This document shows, in pieces, positions 22,526 to 32,562 of a stretch of DNA of 32,562 nucleotides. Origin of the DNA: Peribolospora baueri. Its lineage: Eukaryota. The notes beneath the pieces were generated by a model. It had not been told where the DNA came from, did no database searches, and saw nothing but the letters and a program-made list of their open reading frames with translations. Made by a program: the position numbers and the translations under genes. The stretch covers positions 1 to 32,562 of the forward strand of contig JAMDHS010000139.1 in assembly GCA_029717555.1 (NCBI GenBank). The letters are read 5' to 3'. Within the stretch, counting starts at the first letter, position 1. Each line of letters starts with the position of its first letter.

Positions 22526-24868
22526 TCACAGAGCGACGACGACGCCCGCAGCCACCAAGCCAAGCAGGGCCGTCATCAGGCCGAGGTGATGACCGGCGCT
22601 GTCCCCGACGGCCCCGGCGTTCTTTCCGTCTACCGATCCAATAGACGACGGACTGCTTCCCCCGGACGTGGTGGAGCTGGAGTTCGCAGGCTTCCAAGAG
22701 GCTGCAATTATCTCGGCCGCGATCTCTGCGATGCCGTACGTTGGCGCCATGAGGTGGGCGGAGATGCTGAGCGGGACCACGCTGGCGTCCACGACGCGCA
22801 CATTCTTCGTCCCGTAGACGACCATATGCTCGTCTACCACGCCACCCAAATTCCGCGGCAGCATCGAAGAGGTGGCGGCGGGATGGAACTCGGTGCCGAT
22901 GACGGTGCGCAGCCAGGTCTCCCAGTCCGCGTTGGTCGACACAGCACTTCCCGGCTGTGTTTCGGTGCCGAGGATAGTGGAGAGAGGGGCGGTCTCAGCG
23001 ACCTTGCGAGCCATCTGGAGGCCTGCGGACAACAGGGTCAAGTCGGAGGCCGATTCCAAGTAGTGCGGATCGATAGAGGGATAGTCGAAGGGGTCATTCG
23101 AGTTGATCGCCACGCTGCCCCGGCTGAACGGCCGCTGGAGCGCTGCCTGCACCTGCACGGTGCCGGTGGAAGTGAGCGAAAGCAAGAGCTCGATAGGGGC
23201 CACCTGGGTGGTGAGGATCTTCTCAACCGTCATGTTGTATTGCACTTGGTAACCGGCCTTGACAGTGTCGTCGGCGTTCAAAGCGTTGACGGCGGTCGTC
23301 ATGTTCCCTCTTGCCTGATTGAGGAATTGGTTCGCCGCGTTCTCACCGCCGAGGAGAGTGGAGAGGTTGGGGTAGGCGATGGCAGAGTTGACGTACGACG
23401 CCTGCAACGTGTCCTGCAGGAACGAAGAGTTGGCCGTCTCGCTCGTCGTCGTCCAGGAGACCGAGGTGCTAAGGTGGTCCTGCAGGTTCATTCCCACCCC
23501 AGGCAAGTCGAGGAGAACGTCAACATTGGCCGCGTTGAGCACGTTGCTAGGGCCGATTCCGGAGAGCTGGAGGATCTGAGGCGTGTTGACAGAACCACCT
23601 GCACCGAAAGAAGAACCATTTTAAGACGACGATTCGATTGGGCTTTGGCATCGGAACGACAGGGTCGTGAAGATGTACGTACCGGAGACGATAACCTCGC
23701 GCGAGGCGGTCACGTTGACGCGTGGTGCGCCGGAAGAGGAGGCGAACTCGACGCCAGACGCGATGAGAGTGCCGGAAGTCTCGTTGAAGAGAATCCGGGT
23801 CACCATTTGCTCGGTGAGGATGGTCAGATTAGGGCGGTCATAGGGGTCGATGTAGCCGCTCAGAGAAGTGGAGCGAGTCCTAGACACCGGAAAAGGCAAG
23901 CACAAAGGAGAAGATTCAGAGCGAAGCTCAAGGTCGAGAGCGCGGAACATGTGAGTCGAGCCCTCAGCACTCACCAGTTGCTGGGGTTGATCGCGCTCGT
24001 GGTGACAAAGGCACCAAAGGACTGACCGCCATCAGGGCCGGGGCTCGTCTCCACGCCGACGCCATTCAAAGTTTGAAACCAGAGGCCCACGGCGGGCATC
24101 TCGTAGCCGGGGTAGGAATAGTGTATCGGACCACTGGTACCATGGTTTTCGGCAAGGTAGTGTATGTCGACCACGTCCACTACGCTCGACGTCGGGGGCG
24201 TGAACGTCTCTGACTTCTTCATCGCTGCGAGCATCTTGTCCCAGCTCCAGGTGTCGTTCGCCGTGGGGGTGCCCACGAGGTCCACCCACGCTTGCTGCTC
24301 GATTTCGGAATGACGGACGAGGTAGAGGCCGTTGATCGCCGAGCTGCCTCCGAGCACCTTGCCGCGGGGCCAGCTGATGTTCCGGTTGTCAACGTTGGGC
24401 TGTTGGACGGTCATGTATTGCCAGTCCTGGGCCGTGCCCGTCCGCGAGTTGAAGTATGAGCCGAGGGGCTGGTTGATCGAGTTGGCCACCGTAGCGTTGC
24501 TGTGCGGATTGATGCCGGCTTCGATGACGGCCACGGTCACCGAAGAATCCTCGGACAGGCGAGAGGCGAGCGCAAGGCCTGCCTGGCCTCCTCCGGCGAT
24601 GACATAGTCAAAGCTCTTGCCTACGTGCGACGAGAGACGTGGATTCGGGTCAGCCTACGAGTTTGAGCATTGGCATGCTGGAGGCGTGGCAGAAAGCAAT
24701 GGCGAGCTCACCGGCCACCTGACTCCAGTCCGTTGTGGTGCTTCTCCGCACTCGCTCGTTGTCCCACATGCTTCGGGCGTTCGTCGGCGTGTAGGTGGCC
24801 CCCACGGCGGACATGGCGGCGGAAGCGCCGGCGAGGGCAAAGCCGAAAGAGGTCAAGAGGGAAGGCAT
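22526..24868 (-). CDS. Secreted GMC oxidoreductase (CAZy AA3_2, glucose oxidase/dehydrogenase-like) with a C-terminal GPI-like/TM tail
   Basis: Exons 24868-24712, 24620-23975, 23879-23683 and 23598-22526. Signal peptide MPSLLTSFGFALAGASAA. FAD motif FDYVIAGGGQAG, plus WPRGKVLGGSSAING, TPQILQLSGIG, PGVGMNLQDH, PFSRGSV, TEFHP and RVVDASVVPLSISAHLM. A Ser/Gly spacer and a hydrophobic C-terminus follow. Confidence 0.93.
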
Positions 24869-26143
24869 GCTGGTGGTAGTGGACGATCCGCCCAACAGGA
24901 GACACTCGGTGCGGTGGCCGATCGAATGGAGCAATTGCGATGCAATCAGCTCGCGCGCCAGAGATGGAGGCTAGCTGACCAAATACGAGGCCGCGAGCGT
25001 CGTGAGATAGACAGTGATATGACTCTGGAAGCGCAGCCCGTGCGTAGCGAGTGTGGTGTTCGTCCCTGTCTGAAAAAAAGAGTGTCTGTACGAAAAAGAA
25101 AGGGAGAGAGGAGGGGGTAAAGGGGACAAAGGCCGGGATGAGCGGCGAGCCAGCTGGTGAAGAGCGAAGTCGAAAAGGTGCTGTGGAGAGAGGGGTGAGC
25201 GAGCGACGAAGAAGCACGAGTACAGCCAAGACGACGGCCGGAAGGACCTTGATGGTTCCGAGGCCGGCCGACGACATCGATGGGATCAGTTCACGCCAAG
25301 GACATGCCGAGGTATGCGGGCTCCAAGGGGGGTTCCTTTCTTGTCACCATTCAGGGTGGATGATTTCACGGCGGGAGGAAGAAGAGGGAAAGGTGAGACC
25401 ATCTTACCGAGCTAGATCATAGTAGATCAGAGCAAACCGGCCTCGGCGACCTCGAAAAGCGCATGCCGAGCGATCTACCACCGACTTGGCTCCGCTCCGC
25501 ACCAACACAGCCAGAAGCGGATACATTCGCTCCAAGAACGGCAAAGCAAGTCTTTCCGCTACTTAATAAATAGAGATCGCGAAGCCGCCTGGGCTCGACG
25601 TCAGAGCACAACGACGGCTAGAGGATCGTACGCCGCTGAGACCAATGCCGACGATCCGAGCACCCGATCGACTGCGCGACTTCTTCCGAGCAGCCGACGG
25701 AGTGATGCCTGTCCAAACCGCGTTCCCGGCGCAGACGGAGTCGTGCGCACATCCAACTCCCGCGCCCGCCAAGCTTCAGTGTCGGGTTGAGGGGGACGCG
25801 GGCCTAATCGTCCGCCGACGTCGACCAGGGCTCCTTCCGCATGCGTGACTTCCCGAGCTTTGTGCTTCCGTAGGCAGTGGATGCGCGTGTAGTAGACAGA
25901 CTAAGAGCCGGTCGGCATGGTCGATTCATAGCGCATGCGAACTCGCCATTTAATAATTCAAATTCGTGCTGTTTGCACACTGCCCTCCTAGTAACATTGC
26001 ATCCTACGGATCCGGTTTAAGTGAGAAGAGAGGAAGAGATATTAGAGACATACATACACGGACAGATACAGACAAAGTAAGAGAAAGGCCGAATGTACGT
26101 CCAATATAACGATCCAAGAGCGGGACAGCGGAATGGATGGAGA

Positions 26144-28302
26144 TTACAAGTCGTAGCTAGTGATGGTGTCGAGGCCGCCCTTGTTGAGGTTCTTGCCACC
26201 AGCGCCGCCGAAGCCGCCAGCACCGCCGTTGCCACCGACAGCGACGCCAGAGCCGCTGCCGACGCCGCCGGAGAAGCCCTTGCCGCCAGAGGAGTCGCCG
26301 GAGGCCAAGTTGTGACCCGAACCGCCCTTGCCTCCTTTGCGGCCGTCGGCGATCTGCTTCGCCTCAGCGTTGCCGGAATTGTTACCCTTGTCGTTACCAT
26401 TACCAGAGAAGTTGGACTCCTGGTTGCCGGAGCCGAGCATGCCGCCGTAGCCGAGCAGGTCGCCCTCCTCACCACCACGGCGTATCAGGTCAGTGACGGT
26501 GGCGTTGATGGGAGCGTTGACTGGCACATTGACGCCGACGGGGAGGATGCCGACGTCGCCGACGTCGACGGCGCCGACGGGGAGGATGCCGCCGTGGGCG
26601 ACGTCGATGCCGCCGTGCGCGACGTCGACGGGGATGCCGCCGTGGGCGACGTCGATGCCGCCGTGCGCGACGTCGACGGGGATGCCGACGTTGCCAACGT
26701 CAGTGACAGGAACCCCGACGGGACCGACGGGGGCGTTGATGAGCGAGCCCGGGGTTTCCAGTTTGGCGGCCGGGGTGGACAGGTCCGGCGTGAAGGTGTC
26801 CGGGGCTGGATTAGCAGCGCCCGGGGGCGGATAAGAAGGGCCCTGGAATCGAGTAGCAGCGCTCCGGGCTGGGGAAGCAGCGCTCGGGGTTGGAGAAGCA
26901 GCACCCGGGCCTGGAGAAGCAGCGCTCGGGGTTGGAGAAGCAGCACCCGGGCCTGGAGAAGCAGCGCTCGGGGTTGGAGAAGAAGCACCCGGGCCTGGAG
27001 AAGCAGCACCCGGGCCTGGAGAAGCAGCACCCGGGCCTGGAGAAGCAGCACCCGGGCCTGGAGAAGCAGCACCCGGGCCTGGAGAAGCAGCGCCCGCGGC
27101 CAGAGAGGGGTAGGTAATGGTCCCCGAGTTGCCGTCATTGCCGGACGCATGAGCATGGCCGAAGTCGTTGCCGACGAAGCGGCGAATGGACAACCTAGTC
27201 GCCGGGGTCGCTGGCGTCGCTGCGGTTGCCGGGGTCCCCGAGGGCGGGCAAAGCGTTATCACCGAGTTGCCGTCATTGCCAACCCAGTCAGCGTGGTTGA
27301 AATCGTCGGCTGCAAAGTTGCGACCCTGGAGACCGGGGGAGGTACTAGGCAAGAGGCTGTACGGGACGCAGGCAGGGTTGTTGGGGTCGTAGGAGATGAC
27401 CAAAGAGTTTTGGTCGTTGCCAGACTCGCCCAGGTCAGTAAAGTCGGAGGCAGCGACGGAGCGCTTGTTGTAGGTGGGGTAGTAGGTGTTCAGGCCGCCA
27501 ATGTTGAGGTTCTTGCCGCCCCAGCCTCCAAAGCCACCCTTGCCGCCATTACCTCCAATAGCGGTGCCAGAGCCAGAGAAAATTCCACCGCCCCTGCCTT
27601 TGGAGCTAGAGAAGCCAGCGGCCTTGTTGTGGCCAGAGCCACCCTTGCCACCCTGAGATGGAGCAAATTCAGGCGTGTAGGAGGGTTGGAAACAAACGTC
27701 AGCAAACAGAGGCCTTCGTAAGAGGGCCGTAACTTACGAAGGCCGTGGCAAGAGAGTGCAAGGAGGAAGGCGCTACCCACCATACCACCGTTGGCGGCCT
27801 GCATCGCCTTGGCGTTCCCAGAGCCGTTGCCGTTGTCATTGGCGTTGCCAGAGAAGTTGGACTGCTGGTTACCCGAGGCGAAGGGAGCGCCATCCTCACC
27901 GCCGCGCTTGACGTAATCGTAGTCAGACATGTTCAGGCCACCCTTGTTGATGTTCTTACCGCCGAAGCCACCCCCGCCGCCATTACCGCCATTGCCGCCG
28001 ACGGCAGTGCCAGAGCCGGAGAAGACACCACCCGATCCGTATCCCTTGGCCTTGTTGTGACCGGAGCCGCCCTTGCCTCCCATTCCGCCGTTGGCAACCT
28101 GCTTCGCCTTGGCGTTGCCCGACTTGTTGCCCTTGTCGTTGCCATTGCCGGAGAAGTTGGACTGCTGGTTTCCAGAACCGAGGCCAAAAGAATCTTCGTC
28201 ACCACCCCGGGCGGAAAGTCTTCGCTCCACGAGCACGGGGCGAGCCGAAACAGAGAGGGCTACGGCCATAACGGTAAAGGAAAGGACTGAAGAGGAACGC
28301 AT
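26144..28302 (-). CDS. Secreted Gly/Asn-rich repeat precursor protein with Kex2-type dibasic sites (676 aa)
   Basis: Exon 28302-27781, GTGGGT..CAG intron 27780-27653, exon 27652-26144. The splice restores the repeat NGGM|GGKGGSGHN. Signal peptide MRSSSVLSFTVMAVALSVSA. Modules are separated by AR, KR, KR, GR, RR and RR. Confidence 0.85.
26585..26680 (-). repeat. Coding 48-bp tandem repeat x2 (PVDVAHGGIDVAHGGI)
   Basis: Two identical 48-bp units, each containing two near-identical 21-bp subunits. Confidence 0.9.
26875..27095 (-). repeat. Coding 21-bp minisatellite x10 encoding AASPGPG/AASPTPS heptads
   Basis: Units AAGCAGCACCCGGGCCTGGAG and AAGCAGCGCTCGGGGTTGGAG; the first six alternate as a 42-bp higher-order repeat. 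Confidence 0.95.
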
Positions 28303-28395
28303 CTTCGGTGGAGGATCAGGAGATGAGAGGAGAGGGGAGGACAGGTGGGATAGAGGTGAGGGATGGAGAGACCAAAGCAAGCCGGTGCCAGTCGT

Positions 28396-28403
28396 CTTTA
28401 TAG
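28396..28403 (-). promoter_or_regulatory. TATA box of the secreted repeat-protein gene
   Basis: CTATAAAG on the minus strand about 95 bp upstream of ATG 28302, followed by a pyrimidine-rich leader. Confidence 0.55.
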
Positions 28404-28966
28404 AAGTTGTCCGCGGAGATGCCCGAGCTAGATGAACGCTACCAGACATCTTGTCATTCGAAAGCGGCAAGGGAACTCTTGCGTGGATTTGTCGATAAGA
28501 AGAAAGCGGTTAAGGAGGTCTCCACAAAAGCGCAAGTCAGCGGAGCCGGGTAGCAAGACCTCGACGGAATCGGCTGTAGGAAACCTTGGAGCGTTGCAAA
28601 CACGAGATGAGTACCTGTAGAGACAAAAATGAATGCATCGGACGTGTGACCCAGGAGCATCTCGTTCGAAAGCGTTACGAATCGGAGGCTGGTGTGATGC
28701 GTCGGAAGTGGATGGTCTCAAGCGATTGGGATGGACACTATGGCGCTTGCGTGCATCAGTCCCGGCACGTGGCTGGGCGCTCATAGCCGGAGAAAGCCGT
28801 CCATGCGGATGCGGACAGGCGCGAGCCAGCGAGTCGTTCTTGCCTTTCCTTGCCTTCTGACACCACCTCGCAATCTTGCTCTCGTAGGAGGGGTTCTCTC
28901 CCTCGCATCGCAGGCAGACCGTACGTACTCGTTGTCCGGAAGAGCGCACCAAAACACAGACCCAAA

Positions 28967-30932
28967 ATGGCGGACGCCAGCAAGGAGGAGATCGCGGCGA
29001 TCTTCAAGTACCTCAAAAGCTCTCAGAAGGGCAACAACGTGAGTTCTCGCCTTGCGCAACCGGTACATAGACCTCGAAAGGCGATTGCACTGGCTCGGTG
29101 ATGTCTATACCGACGACTAGTATCCTCTCACGTTTGCTGCGCTACACAGATGTGCTTCGACTGCCAAGCCAAGAACCCGTCGTGGGCTAGCGCAACGTTT
29201 GGTATCTACATTTGCTTGGATTGCTCCAGCGTCCACCGCAACATGGGCGTTCACATCAGCTTTGTCCGGTGAGCGCAAGATGTTTGAAGATGGCTCTTTC
29301 CACATGAATACGTCAAACTGACGAAGCCAAATCCGCTACCGACCACCTCCGCCCAGCTCGACGAACCTGGACACTTGGACCTGGCCACAGCTTCGCTTGA
29401 TGCGGGCGGGCGGCAACGCAAGCGCTACCGAGTTCTTTTCCAAGAACGGAGGTGCCTCTCTCCTCTCTTCTTCGGACGCAAAGGCTCGGTACAGTAGCCG
29501 CGTCGCTCAACTCTACAAGGAGGAGCTGGGAAGGAGGGTGCAGGTGGAGAGCGCTGGCAATCCGAACGTACGCTTCAGGGTCGATGGCGGGAAGGAGGCC
29601 GAGGATGGATCATCCGCGTCCAAGGAGGACGACTTTTTTGAGAGCTGGGACAAGCCAGCTACCCCGAAGCCGACGAGCCCGCAGGTCAAGCCTTCCGCTC
29701 CGCCCAGCATCGGTCGTACGCTGACGCCTGGTGGCTCTTCCTCCCCTCCCGCCCCCGGCAGTGGTGCTTCCACGCCCACGTCTGCCTCTTCCGGTGCCCG
29801 CACCGTCACATCCTCGTCTCTGCGATCCAACAATTCGTCTAACACCTCCGCACGCCGTCCAGGCCTCGGCGCCGCTCGCACCGGCTCCTCTTCCACCTCC
29901 ACCAGCACGACCGGCGGCGGGGCGCGGACGGGATCGAAGCTGGGCGCGAGCAAGCTGGGCGTGAAGAAGGCTGCCGCGCCGATCAACTTCGAGGAGGCAG
30001 AACGCAAGGCGAGGGAGGAGGAGGAGCGCATCAAGCAGCTCGGGTACAACGCGCAGAGGGAGAGGGAAGAGGAAGAGAGGCGAGCCAAGGAAGCTGCCTC
30101 GGCAGCTGCTGCTGCGACCTCCTCTTCTGCGGCGGCGGCCACGGCGCAGATGGCGGCGACCGCGGGCAAGGTGCCCAGCAATGTCGTGGCCACGCCGCCG
30201 AAGGCCGAAGCTGGCAAGGAAGGCAGACAGAGCACGGAGATGGAGCGCCTTGGCATGGGCTTTGGCAGGCTCGGGTTCGGTCAGGCGGCCGGTGCCAAGG
30301 GGAGCGGCGCGACGTCCAAGCCCAAGGGTGCGAGCAGCAACGGTACCGACCAGAACGAGTCGAGTTACGCACGGTCCAAGTTCGGTGACCAGAAGGGTAA
30401 GTGCAGTCGCCGTCGGTGCGGGAGGGTCTTGATGTTTTATCCTCGTATCACTCGTAGGTCCCCCCACAGCTAACTTTACTAAATGTCTTCTTTTCTGCCG
30501 CCCACCGCGCAGCCATCTCCTCGGACCAGTATTTCGGCCGGGGCAATTATGACCCTTCCTTCTCGTCCGAATCATCCGGTCGTCTCCAACAATTCTCCGG
30601 ACAAACGTCCATCTCCTCCAACCAGTACTTCGGCCGGCCTGAGGAAGATGACTTGCCCGGTGGAGGGAGGGGAGATTATGGTGGGGAGGGGTACGATATG
30701 TCCGAGTTGGAGCAGCAGGCGAAGGAGTATTATCGACGGTTCATGAGCAATCCCGAGGTACAGCAGGGGCTTGAAACGTTGAGGTCCGGAGCGCTCAAAG
30801 TGAGTATGCGACGATGAGTCTACGAGCTGTGTACGTCGCCGGTCTGACGACGTCGTCTTTCCGCTCTCTCTTTCCGCCTCATTCCTGCAGCTCTCGGATT
30901 ACCTCGCGGATATGTCGAGGAACGGATCATAG
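28967..30932 (+). CDS. GLO3: ADP-ribosylation factor GTPase-activating protein Glo3/ArfGAP2-3
   Basis: Exons 28967-29038, 29150-29268, 29357-30396, 30513-30799 and 30891-30932. Zinc finger CFDC-x16-CLDC with [19 protein letters not shown]. Glo3 motifs AISSDQYFG and SISSNQYFG, with a basic [11 protein letters not shown]/coiled-coil region. Confidence 0.95.
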
Positions 30933-31342
30933 ATTGAATTCGTGGCTGGATTCGCGTATCCTTGAGCTCCCTTGGATGGAGCAATCGTCGATCATTCGAT
31001 ACATTCATATGTAGTCAAGGCGTCTGCCCCGATTCGCTCCTTCTCCATTTCGTGTCGGTTTGGCCACCTTCCTTTTCCTTTTCCCCGTTGCACATACCGA
31101 CCCCGTCAGACGGTCTGCTCGTTTGCCTCGCTCGACTTGTCCGTTCAGTTTCCCGGTCCGTCGAGAAAGGTATGCGTGACGAACTGCTGTGGACGAGTGG
31201 TCTTGCGAAGCTTTCTATGAGAGATCTATGAGCAGTCGGTGGAGAGACGGCAAAAGGCGTCACGGTGAGACGAATGGATATTGATCGGTGTTCGGCGATC
31301 GCTCGGCCGAGAATGATCGTCGGGCGGAATAACTCGAGCGCG

Positions 31343-31351
31343 CTATATAAA
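31343..31351 (+). promoter_or_regulatory. TATA box upstream of the quinone oxidoreductase gene
   Basis: CTATATAAA about 80 bp upstream of ATG 31432. Confidence 0.55.
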
Positions 31352-31431
31352 TGATGAATGGACTCGGCTCGGCGACTCTCTCTGCCTTCCTCTCTCCACA
31401 CTCGACGCTCCTTGACCTGGCACCTCTCCTC

Positions 31432-32517
31432 ATGTCCGCTGTACCGCCCAAGATGCGTGCCATCCTCGTCAAAGGTGGCACCGGCCCAGCCGAGAGCCTG
31501 TACATCGGAGAGGCGGAGACGCCCAAGCCTAAGGAGGGCGAAGTGCTCGTCAAGGTGGGTCTGCGTGGGATGTGTGAGATGCGTCGTGCCTCTGAGCATG
31601 AGGCACGTTGTGATACCGTCTTGGGCCGAGCGAAGCGTAGCATCGTCCCTGAGTCCCTCCCCTCGTCCGTCCGTCCGTCCGCTCGTCTCGCCTCCGCGAA
31701 CCTGTGCGCCGTGCGTAGATCAAGGCGTTCGGATTGAACAGGATGGACATAATGTGAGTTCGTTCTTTGTTTCCCTTGCTCGAAACGCTTTTTGACGGCA
31801 TGCGATCTCCTCGTTTCCGTCTCTGTTTTGCTGCACTCATCCCCTCCACCCTCGTGTCCCCTGGCTCAACAGGCAGCGAGAGGGTCAGTGATGCTGCTCG
31901 CCGTCCGGCTCGGCCGGTTTGGCATTTCTCGAACCCGCAGGAGGCCAGCTACGAGCTCAATAGTTTTTGTTTTTCTTCCTCACTTCTCCTTACCTTTCCT
32001 CTCCACTCGCAGGGCACTATCCCGTCCCCCCGCACGCCTCCCCCATCATGGGCGTCGAATTCTCAGGCCACGTAGTGTCCGTACACCCTTCCGTCCATTC
32101 CGCGTCGGAGGATGTACCCAAGTATAAGGAAGGAGACGAGGTGTTCGGCCTCGCAGTCGGAGGGGCCTATGCCGAGTACATCGCCTGCCCCGCCAAGATG
32201 TGCCTGCCCAAGCCCAAGGAGCTCTCTTGGGAAGTCGCGGCGGCCATTCCCGAGAGTGAGCGAGTGCGGCAAGCGGGCAAGAAGAGAGTCGCCTTGAAGA
32301 GTTCACGAAGTAGTCGGCCGCCAAACTGAGCATTTTTTTCCGGCTTGGTTCATCGGCCGCTCTTTTATCGTGGCTTTCGCTCCGCCCAGACTTTTTCACA
32401 TCTTACCAGGCCCTTAAGCTCATCGGCGGCGTGAAGGAGGGGGACGCGGTCCTGTAAGCGATCAAGTCGTGACCCTCTCCCGGTGACCGCGCCTCGACAA
32501 CGACGCCTTTGACGTCC

Positions 32518-32562
<45 letters not shown>
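31432..32562 (+). CDS. NAD(P)H quinone oxidoreductase, PIG3/zeta-crystallin MDR family (3'-truncated)
   Basis: Exons 31432-31554, 31719-31753, 31873-31883, 32013-32255 and 32390-32453. Product MRAILVKGG..EVLVKIKAFGLNRMDIMQREGHYP..IMGVEFSG..GDEVFGLAVGGAYAEY..AAAIPENFFTSYQAL. Confidence 0.92.
32522..32562. repeat. Poly(T) run at the window end, inside an intron
   Basis: About 41 T's downstream of the GTAAGC donor at 32454. Confidence 0.9.

Noticed and set aside
22586..24025. 479-aa plus-strand ORF
   Set aside because: Antisense shadow of the GMC oxidoreductase with no recognisable motifs.
26875..27095. Regular repeat array as a possible CRISPR
   Set aside because: No unique spacers; it is an in-frame coding minisatellite in a eukaryotic gene.
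26093..27721. 542-aa plus-strand ORF, and other-frame repeat ORFs (RVLLLQA, LEKQHPG)
   Set aside because: Antisense or frame shadows of a GC3-rich, repeat-containing gene; the minus-strand frame has the signal peptide, TATA box and splice signals.
29513..30575. 247-aa and 321-aa minus-strand ORFs
   Set aside because: Antisense shadows of the low-complexity region of GLO3.

Overview
Eukaryotic, intron-rich, GC-rich fungal DNA, most likely a basidiomycete (Ustilaginomycotina-like by inference). It looks like a whole contig that breaks at intronic homopolymer runs at both ends. Splicing by hand with GT/GC-AG donors and CTRAY branch sites gives 11 protein-coding genes. In order: an orphan multi-pass membrane protein (3'-truncated); a WDR7/rabconnectin-3beta-like WD40 protein divergent from ARG7 (ornithine acetyltransferase); a single-TM low-complexity hypothetical protein; an MPP6-like exosome cofactor (with a GC-AG intron) divergent from histone H2A.Z; a RidA/MMF1 deaminase with two in-frame starts; a secreted, probably GPI-anchored GMC oxidoreductase; a 676-aa secreted precursor; the ArfGAP Glo3; and a PIG3-type quinone oxidoreductase (3'-truncated). 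The precursor is built from two families of Gly/Asn-rich repeat modules separated by basic (mostly KR/RR, Kex2-type) sites and is the most unusual element. I could not support any RNA gene, transposon or CRISPR array.
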